From NCBI GenBank assembly GCA_964568865.1, contig CAZMSE010000004.1, forward strand, positions 39,033 to 103,032: DNA of 64,000 nt, given 5' to 3'. This stretch comes from an uncultured Saprospiraceae bacterium. GTDB lineage: Bacteria; Bacteroidota; Bacteroidia; Chitinophagales; Saprospiraceae. The position numbers and the translations under genes were made by a program. The notes under the pieces were generated by a model, which was given only the letters and a program-made list of their open reading frames with translations, did not search any database and was not told the origin of the DNA. This document shows, piece after piece, positions 49,819 to 58,523 of this stretch (its first letter is position 1; every line of letters begins with the position of its first letter).

Positions 49819-51767
49819 AAATAAGTATCATCATTGTTAATTACAATGTTCGCCATTTTCTCGAGCAATGCCTGAATTCGGTTGAAAAGGCACTTTCGTT
49901 AACCACTGGCGAAATCATTGTTGTGGATAACGCTTCCATAGATGATTCTGTGCAAATGGTGAGGCAACAATTTCCTGGTGTTAAGCTTATTGCTTCAGAG
50001 AAAAACCTGGGATTTAGTAAGGCCAATAATTTAGGAGCTGCACAGGCTCATGGTGATTATATCCTAATACTCAATCCGGATACGATAGTGGAAGAGGAAT
50101 GTTTTCTCAAGTGCATTCAGTTTATGGATTCACATCCGGATGCAGGGGCACTTGGAGTGCGCATGCTGGATGGTGCCGGACATTTTTTACCGGAATCAAA
50201 ACGAGGATTTCCAGGGATGTGGAACTCTTTTTGTAAAATGTCAGGATGGTATAAGCTGTTTCCCAATTCTGCTGTATTTAATGGGTATTATCGTGGTGAC
50301 CTACCTGAAAATGAAACCACCCCCATAGAAGTTTTATCGGGGGCTTTTATGTTTATTCGTCGAAGTATTTACATGGATGTGGGTGGTTTCGACGAGCGAT
50401 ATTTCATGTATGGTGAAGACATTGATCTTTCTTGCAGACTAACTGCTCGAGGATACATAAATTATTATTTTCCGGAAACCACCATTTTACATTTTAAAGG
50501 CGAAAGTACCCGAAAGGCAAGCATTCATTATGTGAATTCATTTTATCAGGCGATGATTATTTTTTCTACTCAGCATCTGAGTGGAGGAAGTAAAAAAATA
50601 TTTATCGCATTATTGAAGATTGTCATATGGATCAAAGCGATTCTTTCGGCTATTAAGCAATTTGCTGCATCCCTAAGGTGGATGGTACCCGATATGATTT
50701 TTCTTGGCCTTGGATTTTATTTGATAAAACAATATTGGGCAATTATTTATCACCAGCAGCCTGGATATTTTGACAATATCCCCACATTGATCAATTTAAT
50801 TTCTTTTATTGCCATGTGGGTACTTAGTTTTTATTATCACGGTGTTTACGAAAAAGCCTATAGTCTTCGCAACATAGCCATGGCCAGCATTTGGGGACTG
50901 TTTATCAATTTGATGTTGTATGCGTTGTTGCCAGAATCCTGGAGAGCTTCCAGAATGTTATTGCTTCTTTCATTTTTTTGGGTTATAGTATATGCTATAG
51001 TGAGTAGATTATTATACAATAAGTTACTTCAAAAACAATGGATTGTCGGATCGCATCTGCTTCGAAATTGTTTGGTCATTGGGGATACCAGTCAATTTGA
51101 ACGTGCGCGTTTCCTTTTTAATGAAAAACAGTTGTATGAAAAGATAACACAAAAGGACCCTTCATCGAAGCCGGTTTACTCGAAACAGCAATGGTTGGAC
51201 TTTTTTAGAATCCAACATATTCACGAGGTGATACTTTGTGAGAAAAACATGACGTGGTCTGCCATATTGGATTTTATATCTCAATACAAAGGTGTTGTCC
51301 AGTTTAAGATATTACCTGCATCCGGTAACAGCATTGTTGGGAGCTCAAGGAAAAGCAGTCCTGGCGATATTTATTCACTGGAATTGGATTTTCATTTAGG
51401 GCAATTGGTGTATTTGAGGCAAAAAAGGTTGTTTGATATCTTGTTTGCAATTTTGTTGATGACATTTGGTTGGATTTTGATTTTTATCTGGAAGGATAAA
51501 AAATCCATTGTAAAGAATTGGTGGAAGGTTTTAATGGGCAATAGGACGTGGGTTTCTTATCAAGGCATGGAACTGGAAGGATTTAATTTACCTATCATAA
51601 AACCAGGAGTGATAAAACCCGTTTCTATGGAACACTTCCGTTATCCACCTGAATGGGTTGCACAGATTGTACAGCATTATGCTTGGGGATATACGGTGTG
51701 GCAGGATTTGGCCATATGTTTAAAGGAATTTCAATCACTAGACCAACACATTGACCATGGATCTTAA
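49815..51767 (+). CDS. family-2 glycosyltransferase fused to a polytopic membrane region and a truncated bacterial sugar-transferase (PGT)-like C-terminus
   Basis: N-terminal GT2: IIIVNYN, VVDNAS.DDS, ILNPDT, GAFMFIRR, YGEDIDLS. Residues ~260-400 are TM helices. Residues ~534-650 carry KRLFDILFAILLMTFGWILIFIW, NWWKVLMGNRTWVSYQ, IKPGVI and YTVWQDLAICLKEF, which resemble parts of the Bac_transf domain. Confidence 0.75.
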   Translation: MKISIIIVNYNVRHFLEQCLNSVEKALSLTTGEIIVVDNASIDDSVQMVRQQFPGVKLIASEKNLGFSKANNLGAAQAHGDYILILNPDTIVEEECFLKCIQFMDSHPDAGALGVRMLDGAGHFLPESKRGFPGMWNSFCKMSGWYKLFPNSAVFNGYYRGDLPENETTPIEVLSGAFMFIRRSIYMDVGGFDERYFMYGEDIDLSCRLTARGYINYYFPETTILHFKGESTRKASIHYVNSFYQAMIIFSTQHLSGGSKKIFIALLKIVIWIKAILSAIKQFAASLRWMVPDMIFLGLGFYLIKQYWAIIYHQQPGYFDNIPTLINLISFIAMWVLSFYYHGVYEKAYSLRNIAMASIWGLFINLMLYALLPESWRASRMLLLLSFFWVIVYAIVSRLLYNKLLQKQWIVGSHLLRNCLVIGDTSQFERARFLFNEKQLYEKITQKDPSSKPVYSKQQWLDFFRIQHIHEVILCEKNMTWSAILDFISQYKGVVQFKILPASGNSIVGSSRKSSPGDIYSLELDFHLGQLVYLRQKRLFDILFAILLMTFGWILIFIWKDKKSIVKNWWKVLMGNRTWVSYQGMELEGFNLPIIKPGVIKPVSMEHFRYPPEWVAQIVQHYAWGYTVWQDLAICLKEFQSLDQHIDHGS

Positions 51768-52953
51768 AGGCAAGATTAAAGGACTCGCCGCCAGTTTGCA
51801 ACCCTATTTAGTGGAATGTAGATCTCATCTGCATCGCCATCCTGAGTTATCATTTGAAGAAGTCAATACCTCTGCCTTTATAGTGAAAGTTTTAGAACAC
51901 CATGGAATCAGTTATGAAACGGGGTGGGCCGGTCATGGAATTTCCGGATTGATGAGTTCCGAAAACATGGGAAACAGGATCGTTGCTCTTCGTGCTGATA
52001 TGGATGCATTACCCATCGAAGAACAGAATGAATGCGAATATCGATCACAAAATCCCGGCGTAATGCATGCCTGTGGGCATGACGTTCACATGACATGGTT
52101 AATTGGGGCCTTGATCATCCTAAATAACCTGAAAGAAGAATGGCAGGGTTCAGTGAAGTTTATTTTTCAACCTGGAGAAGAAAAACTTCCTGGTGGAGCC
52201 TACCAAATGATACAACAAGGAATTCTCCAAAATCCTACACCTCACCTGATCATTGGTCAGCACGTACAACCGGGAATGCCCGTCGGAACCATAGGTTTGA
52301 AAAAAGGCGTGTTTATGGCCTCTTGTGATGAAATTTATTTAGAAATCATTGGGAAAGGCGGTCATGCAGCGTTGCCCCATTTGTGTATCAATCCTATACC
52401 CATTGCAGCACAGGCCATTATTGCATTGCAAACCATTGTTCAAAGTGAGAATGCACCTGCAGATTCACTTGTCCTAAGTATTGGTAAATTGACGACACAG
52501 GGAGGCGCCACGAATGTAATTCCTGAAAGGGTGTATTTGGAGGGGACATTTCGGTGCCTGAATGAAGAACAAAGGTTGCGTATTTTGGAAAAATTAGAAA
52601 TAGAATTGAAGGAGTTGGTTAATGACCAGGGAGCAACCCTGAACATCAATATCAAAAGAGGATACCCATGTCTATTGAATGATGAATTCTCAAGTCAGAG
52701 TATAATGGAATGGGCCACAGATTATTTGGGTGAAGGACACACCCTGTCTTTGAACTCCAGGTTGACCTCGGAAGATTTTGCCTATTATTCTCAACAAATT
52801 CCCGCAGTATTTTACCGTACGGGAATTGGACGGGATATTTCCGTACATCATCCTCGATTTGATATTGATGATCGTTGTCTTGAAATAGGAGCGGGTTTAA
52901 TGGCTTGGTTGGCGATCCAGCACAATGCCGGGAACGGAAATGGCAATCAATAG
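51757..52953 (+). CDS. M20D family amidohydrolase (N-acyl-L-amino-acid amidohydrolase/hippurate-hydrolase-like)
   Basis: HRHPELSFEE, ALRADMDALP, MHACGHDVH, FQPGEE motifs. ATG 51757 preferred over TTG 51751. Confidence 0.88.
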   Translation: MDLKGKIKGLAASLQPYLVECRSHLHRHPELSFEEVNTSAFIVKVLEHHGISYETGWAGHGISGLMSSENMGNRIVALRADMDALPIEEQNECEYRSQNPGVMHACGHDVHMTWLIGALIILNNLKEEWQGSVKFIFQPGEEKLPGGAYQMIQQGILQNPTPHLIIGQHVQPGMPVGTIGLKKGVFMASCDEIYLEIIGKGGHAALPHLCINPIPIAAQAIIALQTIVQSENAPADSLVLSIGKLTTQGGATNVIPERVYLEGTFRCLNEEQRLRILEKLEIELKELVNDQGATLNINIKRGYPCLLNDEFSSQSIMEWATDYLGEGHTLSLNSRLTSEDFAYYSQQIPAVFYRTGIGRDISVHHPRFDIDDRCLEIGAGLMAWLAIQHNAGNGNGNQ

Positions 52954-53055
52954 TTTAAGTATATTTTTTTCTTGATTTGTGGGCGGCAATCTTCTCGCAT
53001 AGATAAAACATATAAAATATTTTGATAATTTGTAACTAGATATCAACCAGAGTAT

Positions 53056-53063
53056 TACTTTTG
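53056..53063 (+). promoter_or_regulatory. candidate -7 box (TACTTTTG) upstream of the response-regulator gene
   Basis: Exact TAnnTTTG 44 nt before ATG 53107, with TTTG at 53029-53032 upstream (23-nt spacing, slightly long). Confidence 0.3.
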
Positions 53064-53106
53064 TAAATTGTTTAATGGTTCGAAATAAAGACTGCGATTT
53101 TACTAC

Positions 53107-54378
53107 ATGGCTAGGATATTAATAGTTGATGATGAACAGGCCATCCGGCGGGCCTTGAAAGATATCCTTCTATTGGAGAAGTATGAGGTCGAAGAGGCTG
53201 TAGATGGATTGGACTGCCTTGTAAAACTTAAACAGAAGGAATTCGATGTGATTATCCTGGACATCAAGATGCCAAAGATGGATGGGATGGAAGCATTGGA
53301 TAAGATTGAACAGCTTGCTCCTGACACACCCGTGGTAATGATTAGCGGCCATGCTACTATCGATACTGCTGTTGAAGCGGTAAAAAAAGGTGCGTTTGAC
53401 TTTATTTCAAAACCACCTGATCTCAACAGGTTGTTGATTACCATCCGAAATGCCATTGACAAATCTTCTTTGATCTCCGAGAAAAAGGTCTTGCAGAAGA
53501 GAGTTTCTAAAATCAAAGTTCAAGAAATAGTTGGTGAATCCAAGCAAATATTAAAAGTCAGGGAAACCATTGATTTGGTCGCACCCACCGATGCGCGTGT
53601 ATTGATTACCGGACCTAATGGGACCGGAAAAGAATTAGTTGCTCGTTGGATTCACGAAAAAAGCAATCGCTCCAATGGTGCGATTATTGAAGTCAATTGT
53701 GCGGCAATACCATCTGAGCTAATCGAAAGTGAATTGTTTGGCCATGAAAAAGGCTCTTTTACTTCAGCCATAAAGCAGCGGTTGGGTAAATTTGAACTGG
53801 CCAATGGAGGCACTTTGTTTTTAGATGAAATTGGAGACATGAGCCTTTCAGCTCAGGCCAAAGTACTTAGAGCACTTCAGGAAAACAGAATAACTCGTGT
53901 AGGGGGTGATAAAGAAATTCCTGTGGATGTACGGGTCGTCGCCGCAACCAATAAGGATTTGCGAGAAGAAATTGCAATGGGTAGATTTAGAGAAGACTTG
54001 TATCATCGATTGGCTGTGATTATCATTGAAGTTCCTTCGCTCAATGATCGCAGAGATGATATTCCATTGCTTGTCGATTATTTTGTCGATTTGGTATGTT
54101 ATGAGTACGGAATTCCCGTTAAAAAAGTTGACGATGCAGCTATTGAAGAGCTCCAAAAATACAATTGGACTGGGAACATCCGTGAATTGCGCAATGTCGT
54201 GGAGCGTTTAATCATTCTTTCAAAAAGTAAAATTGGCCGCAAAGAGGTTTTGGATTATGTAATCCCTGCAAGTCAAAGAAACTTCAGATTTAAAGAGTTA
54301 TTCGAACAATTTGATAATATTCAAGAGCTAAATGAGTTTATTAAGAAGGAATTCAATGCATTCAGGACACCAGTTTAA
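53107..54378 (+). CDS. sigma-54-interaction-domain response regulator (REC + AAA+), no recognisable C-terminal HTH
   Basis: REC: D8-D9, D52, K102. AAA+: Walker A GPNGTGKE, ELFGHEKGSFTSA, Walker B LFLDEIG, RVVAATN, NIRELRN. Only ~50 residues follow the AAA+ lid. Confidence 0.88.
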   Translation: MARILIVDDEQAIRRALKDILLLEKYEVEEAVDGLDCLVKLKQKEFDVIILDIKMPKMDGMEALDKIEQLAPDTPVVMISGHATIDTAVEAVKKGAFDFISKPPDLNRLLITIRNAIDKSSLISEKKVLQKRVSKIKVQEIVGESKQILKVRETIDLVAPTDARVLITGPNGTGKELVARWIHEKSNRSNGAIIEVNCAAIPSELIESELFGHEKGSFTSAIKQRLGKFELANGGTLFLDEIGDMSLSAQAKVLRALQENRITRVGGDKEIPVDVRVVAATNKDLREEIAMGRFREDLYHRLAVIIIEVPSLNDRRDDIPLLVDYFVDLVCYEYGIPVKKVDDAAIEELQKYNWTGNIRELRNVVERLIILSKSKIGRKEVLDYVIPASQRNFRFKELFEQFDNIQELNEFIKKEFNAFRTPV

Positions 54379-54405
54379 CATTCCAGAAAATAAATTATAT
54401 CTTCC

Positions 54406-54438
54406 AAGCCTGTCCTTGTTTTAAGTGACAGGCTTTTT
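54406..54438 (+). terminator. rho-independent terminator after the response-regulator gene
   Basis: AAGCCUGUC-12 nt-GACAGGCUU stem followed by a T-run. Confidence 0.7.
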
Positions 54439-54456
54439 AATCTTAATTTACGCTTT

Positions 54457-55152
54457 ATGAAAACGCAAAAGCAGTGGTCGCAACTTAAAGGTGAAAACAG
54501 TTGGACCATGTTTAAAGTCATCGCTGAATTTGTCGATGGTTTTGAAACGTTGAACCGGATTGGACCCTGTGTTTCGATTTTTGGATCGGCACGTGTCCGG
54601 GAAGATAACGCTCACTATCAACTCGCCTGTAATATTGCAAAAGCATTAGTAGAGGAAGGATTTGGAGTGATTACAGGTGGGGGACCTGGTATTATGGAGG
54701 CTGCCAACAAAGGCGCTTTCGAGAACAAAGGTATCTCTGTTGGATTGAACATACATTTACCTTTTGAACAATCCAATAATTTGTATATAGACCCCGATAA
54801 AAATTTGCAACATCGGTATTTCTTTGTCAGGAAAGTCATGTTTGTAAAATATTCTCAGGCATTTATTGCAATGCCTGGAGGCTTGGGAACTTTGGATGAG
54901 TTGTTCGAAGTCCTAACCTTAATTCAAACTCAACGAATCAATAAAGTACCCATCATTTTGGTTGGTCGAACTTTTTGGAGCCCTTTGAAACATTGGATCA
55001 AGCACATTATGTTGGAAACCTATCATTATGTCAGTCCAGAGGATCTTGATTTGATGCCCATCGTGGACACACCTGAAGAAGTTATACGGGAAGTTTTGGG
55101 ATTTTATGAAGGAGAAGCTGGTAAAGCTCTAAGGCCAACTTTTGAATTATAA
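54457..55152 (+). CDS. LOG family (TIGR00730) Rossmann-fold nucleotide phosphoribohydrolase
   Basis: GGGPGIMEA and PGGLGTLDELFE signature motifs. Confidence 0.88.
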   Translation: MKTQKQWSQLKGENSWTMFKVIAEFVDGFETLNRIGPCVSIFGSARVREDNAHYQLACNIAKALVEEGFGVITGGGPGIMEAANKGAFENKGISVGLNIHLPFEQSNNLYIDPDKNLQHRYFFVRKVMFVKYSQAFIAMPGGLGTLDELFEVLTLIQTQRINKVPIILVGRTFWSPLKHWIKHIMLETYHYVSPEDLDLMPIVDTPEEVIREVLGFYEGEAGKALRPTFEL

Positions 55153-55218
55153 GTTCAATGGGCTTGCCTTTCTATATTAAATGATTTGTCTCAAATTGGA
55201 AGATGATTGTATCTACCC

Positions 55219-57120
55219 TTAATTTAAAAAACGCCAGGCAAAGGATAATCTTAGGGTAAAATCGTGAATAGGATAACCGGTGACCAATGTTTGTGGTTGT
55301 TTTTGCCAAAAAGATTCAATATTATTAAGATCCACATTTAACATAAAATCCTTTACGGTAAAATGCATAAATACGCCACCATTGTATATAAACTTTCCTT
55401 TTTTATCCGATAAATAAAACCAATGCATGACTGGAAAAAACTGCAAATCATGCTCAAAGTCCAGTAGGTGAAACAATACCCCAACTTTGGAATACACAGT
55501 TTTTTGAAACCAAAAACCTTCGTAACTGAGCATATTGCCTACCTGCAATCCGGTAATTCCTGTAGAGTCTGGTTTTAAATGTTGGTATTGTACAGATAAA
55601 TGGTATTTAAATTTTTTGAATTCTGGTTTGTAATCCAGTTGAACAGACCATTGTTCAGCAGCATCCAAAGTTTTAATAAAATATTCTTTGGTAAAAAATG
55701 GAAGTTTTTTGAATTTTGAATAAGCAACTGAAAACGTGGGTAGCTCATTGCGTTTCGTACCCATGATGAGTTTGGTGGTTATATCCTGGTGGGTATTTCC
55801 AGGGTCTAGTGTAAATAATCCAATACTGTCATTTAAACTTATATTTCTAAGTACATAAGGAAACGGCAAGCTCTGGTAATTTATCTGTAATATTGGATTC
55901 CAATGATCAAGTGAATTTAAAAATAACTCGGCATTAAGTTTTGAATGGATTTTTGAATCTTGTAGCCCGGAAATATATTGGCCAGAGAATTTAATTTTAT
56001 AATATTCAAATCGGTACTTGGCTTTAAAACCATAAAATGAGTTTTGTGAGCTTTGAAGTGGAAACCTGTTAGTTTGTAATTCTACTATAGGGCCCAATTC
56101 CAATCGACCACTTGGATGATTTAAAAGATGGGTGGTAAGTGCTGTTTTAAAAAAATTCTCTTCATATCTATAATGGATAACCTTGTCAATCAGGAATCTA
56201 CCGTATATGGCTGAAAGTGAGTCGGCCGATTCATCCCGGTAATCAAAATCCTGCAAAGCATACTGGGCGTGAAATCGAAAGAACGAAAAGGGAATCGTGC
56301 TATCTGTTTTTATCCGGATACCTACATTTACCGAAAAGGATCTGTTGGAGGATTCATGCAATGGTGAAGTGGTCCAAACGGGCAAAGCTTCCCGGATAGA
56401 GTATTCTTCCAATGCCAGTAAGCTGTCGTGACGAATCCCCCAATTGTGTTCTTTGTAATGCCGTTCATCCGTATAGATCACATTGATAAAATATTTTTGA
56501 TCCGATGAACTGTGGTGGACTCCTGTGGTGAATAGTGTAGAGCGTTCTTTTTCATGTGCATAAATCCCTTTAAAAATATTGCGGTCGTAACTGAAATTCC
56601 AGAGGGTATTTCCTCGGAAGGAAGCAGCAAACAGTAAGTTCAAATCAAAATTATCCTGAAATCCAGCCTGGGAGTTATTCAGAACACGCCAGCGGTTGGT
56701 ACGGACTTCTGTAAAGGCTTGATTGGGAGACAAAAAAGTATAGTTATCTGAAAATGCAGTAAGGCTTGATAAATTTGAAAATCCATTGGTTAAGATGCGG
56801 TCGTGAAGATATTTAATCAAGTTGATGGGCTTCAAGGTATAACCATTCGGTAGGGCTCTATCAAAAGTTGGAGATTTAGGAAGCACTGAATTTAGCGTGT
56901 CCAAATCATGCAAAGCATTTGGATCATCGGCAACAAACATTTGCAACTTCAAGGCTATGTTCTGGGCGCTGTCCACCGCAGGCCGTGGTGCAATGCTGTC
57001 AGATTGTCCAAAGAGCATCCTGCACGAGCATAATGTCCAAAGGAAGAGAGATAATTTCAAATTTCCTATTATAGCTACAGGAGCAGTTGTACCAACGAAT
57101 ACTGAATATTTTGATCTCAA
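55219..57120 (-). CDS. hypothetical outer-membrane protein, probably a large beta-barrel (putative porin-like)
   Basis: 633 aa with a signal-peptide-like N-terminus (TTG start). Alternating aromatic/hydrophilic pattern throughout, with a C-terminal ...LRLSFAWRFLN strand. No family assigned with confidence. Confidence 0.5.
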   Translation of the reverse strand: MRSKYSVFVGTTAPVAIIGNLKLSLFLWTLCSCRMLFGQSDSIAPRPAVDSAQNIALKLQMFVADDPNALHDLDTLNSVLPKSPTFDRALPNGYTLKPINLIKYLHDRILTNGFSNLSSLTAFSDNYTFLSPNQAFTEVRTNRWRVLNNSQAGFQDNFDLNLLFAASFRGNTLWNFSYDRNIFKGIYAHEKERSTLFTTGVHHSSSDQKYFINVIYTDERHYKEHNWGIRHDSLLALEEYSIREALPVWTTSPLHESSNRSFSVNVGIRIKTDSTIPFSFFRFHAQYALQDFDYRDESADSLSAIYGRFLIDKVIHYRYEENFFKTALTTHLLNHPSGRLELGPIVELQTNRFPLQSSQNSFYGFKAKYRFEYYKIKFSGQYISGLQDSKIHSKLNAELFLNSLDHWNPILQINYQSLPFPYVLRNISLNDSIGLFTLDPGNTHQDITTKLIMGTKRNELPTFSVAYSKFKKLPFFTKEYFIKTLDAAEQWSVQLDYKPEFKKFKYHLSVQYQHLKPDSTGITGLQVGNMLSYEGFWFQKTVYSKVGVLFHLLDFEHDLQFFPVMHWFYLSDKKGKFIYNGGVFMHFTVKDFMLNVDLNNIESFWQKQPQTLVTGYPIHDFTLRLSFAWRFLN

Positions 57121-58523
57121 AGCTTTATAAAAGTTTTCCTATACGGTGGAAAATTTTGGCTATTCATTTCGAGAATGTAGAAACCAGGATTCAATTGATC
57201 TACTGAAATCGAATTATCGGACAAAGTAAAAGTTTGATTGATTTTGTTTCCGTTGATGTCGTAAACGCAAATATGATACAAAGCGAATGGAATTTCTGTC
57301 CTAAAATAAATCCTATCGCAAACAGGATTTGGACTGATTTGGAAATGATGGCTTTCAATTACCTGTTGCGTATTTACTGGTAAACAATTGTAAGTCTTGT
57401 TGCAAACCTGTTCAATTCCTTCGAGGATGAACAGTCCGTTTTGCATATCAGCAACTACCAGATTTCCCGATGGTAAATAGGGATAATTTCCCCATGAACC
57501 TTTGTAACTTTTATGATTTGGTAACTTCGAAGTAGGGTAGTAATATTCTAATTTTGGAGATGATGGGTCTTTAATATTATATACCTGAAGTCCATCATAA
57601 TAATAAGATACATAGGCATATTGGCAGGATACCAATGGATTATGGGGTATGCAAACTGAAGTATCTTTATTGGCAAATAAAAGAGATACGGTTTTGGTTT
57701 GCTCAATATCAGAGAGGTCAAGCACTTTTAAGGGGGAGCCATGGTTTTCATCGGCCATGACATAAGTTTTACCATCCGGTGTCAGCCATCCAGAATGATT
57801 ATAGCCAGCATGAGGGTATTCATTGGGTTTAGCAGTAAAGATGGGTTTAATGGCCTGGGGATTACTAAAATCCATAATGGCAAAGCCATCATTGCCACAG
57901 TTCAGGTAAACCGTATCATTTCTTGCATACGCATCATGGACGTGTCCAGCGGTTATATCACCAAAGCGATTGTAATGACCGATAAATTTTGGTTTGGCTG
58001 GTATTGAAATATCGTAAACACCAAGGGCCTGAAAGCCTGCCACTCCGGATTCAGCACAGGTGTATAATCTAGCTTTGGGGATATCAATGAAAATGTTGTG
58101 TACTCTAGTCATGAACTCTCTCGAATCATACACTATGTAAGCCGTGTCGGGTAATGATGAAAAATCTATGATTTGCAATGAGCTTGCCCCTTCATCACAA
58201 ACCGCATATAAATGACATTTATAATCATCATAATCGCGATGGATGACTCCGTCTCCATTAAAAGCACCTTTAATCAGCATGCGCTCAAATGGATGCCTTG
58301 GATCGGTAATGTCAATAAGATGCGTTCCAGAAGTAGAACCTATTACAGCATATTCATGCCCATTGACATACAATCCCCATGCTTCGTTAAATGCATTATC
58401 ATAAGCTTTTGATCCAACGACACTGCTGTCTCTCCAATGCCCCAATAAATTCAGGCGATTGGGTTGTGCACCGCTGCTATTAAGCGCGAGTACACACAAA
58501 ATCCACAGGATGATTAATTTCAT
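57117..58523 (-). CDS. LVIVD-repeat / choice-of-anchor-B-like beta-propeller protein with T9SS C-terminal sorting domain
   Basis: Signal peptide. Repeats of the type HLYAVCDEGASSLQIIDFS, TVYLNCGNDGFAIMDFSNP and NLVVADMQNGLFILE. The last ~75 aa (ISPNPVCDRIYF...GFYILEMN...KTFIKL) look like a type-A T9SS CTD. Confidence 0.7.
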   Translation of the reverse strand: MKLIILWILCVLALNSSGAQPNRLNLLGHWRDSSVVGSKAYDNAFNEAWGLYVNGHEYAVIGSTSGTHLIDITDPRHPFERMLIKGAFNGDGVIHRDYDDYKCHLYAVCDEGASSLQIIDFSSLPDTAYIVYDSREFMTRVHNIFIDIPKARLYTCAESGVAGFQALGVYDISIPAKPKFIGHYNRFGDITAGHVHDAYARNDTVYLNCGNDGFAIMDFSNPQAIKPIFTAKPNEYPHAGYNHSGWLTPDGKTYVMADENHGSPLKVLDLSDIEQTKTVSLLFANKDTSVCIPHNPLVSCQYAYVSYYYDGLQVYNIKDPSSPKLEYYYPTSKLPNHKSYKGSWGNYPYLPSGNLVVADMQNGLFILEGIEQVCNKTYNCLPVNTQQVIESHHFQISPNPVCDRIYFRTEIPFALYHICVYDINGNKINQTFTLSDNSISVDQLNPGFYILEMNSQNFPPYRKTFIKL

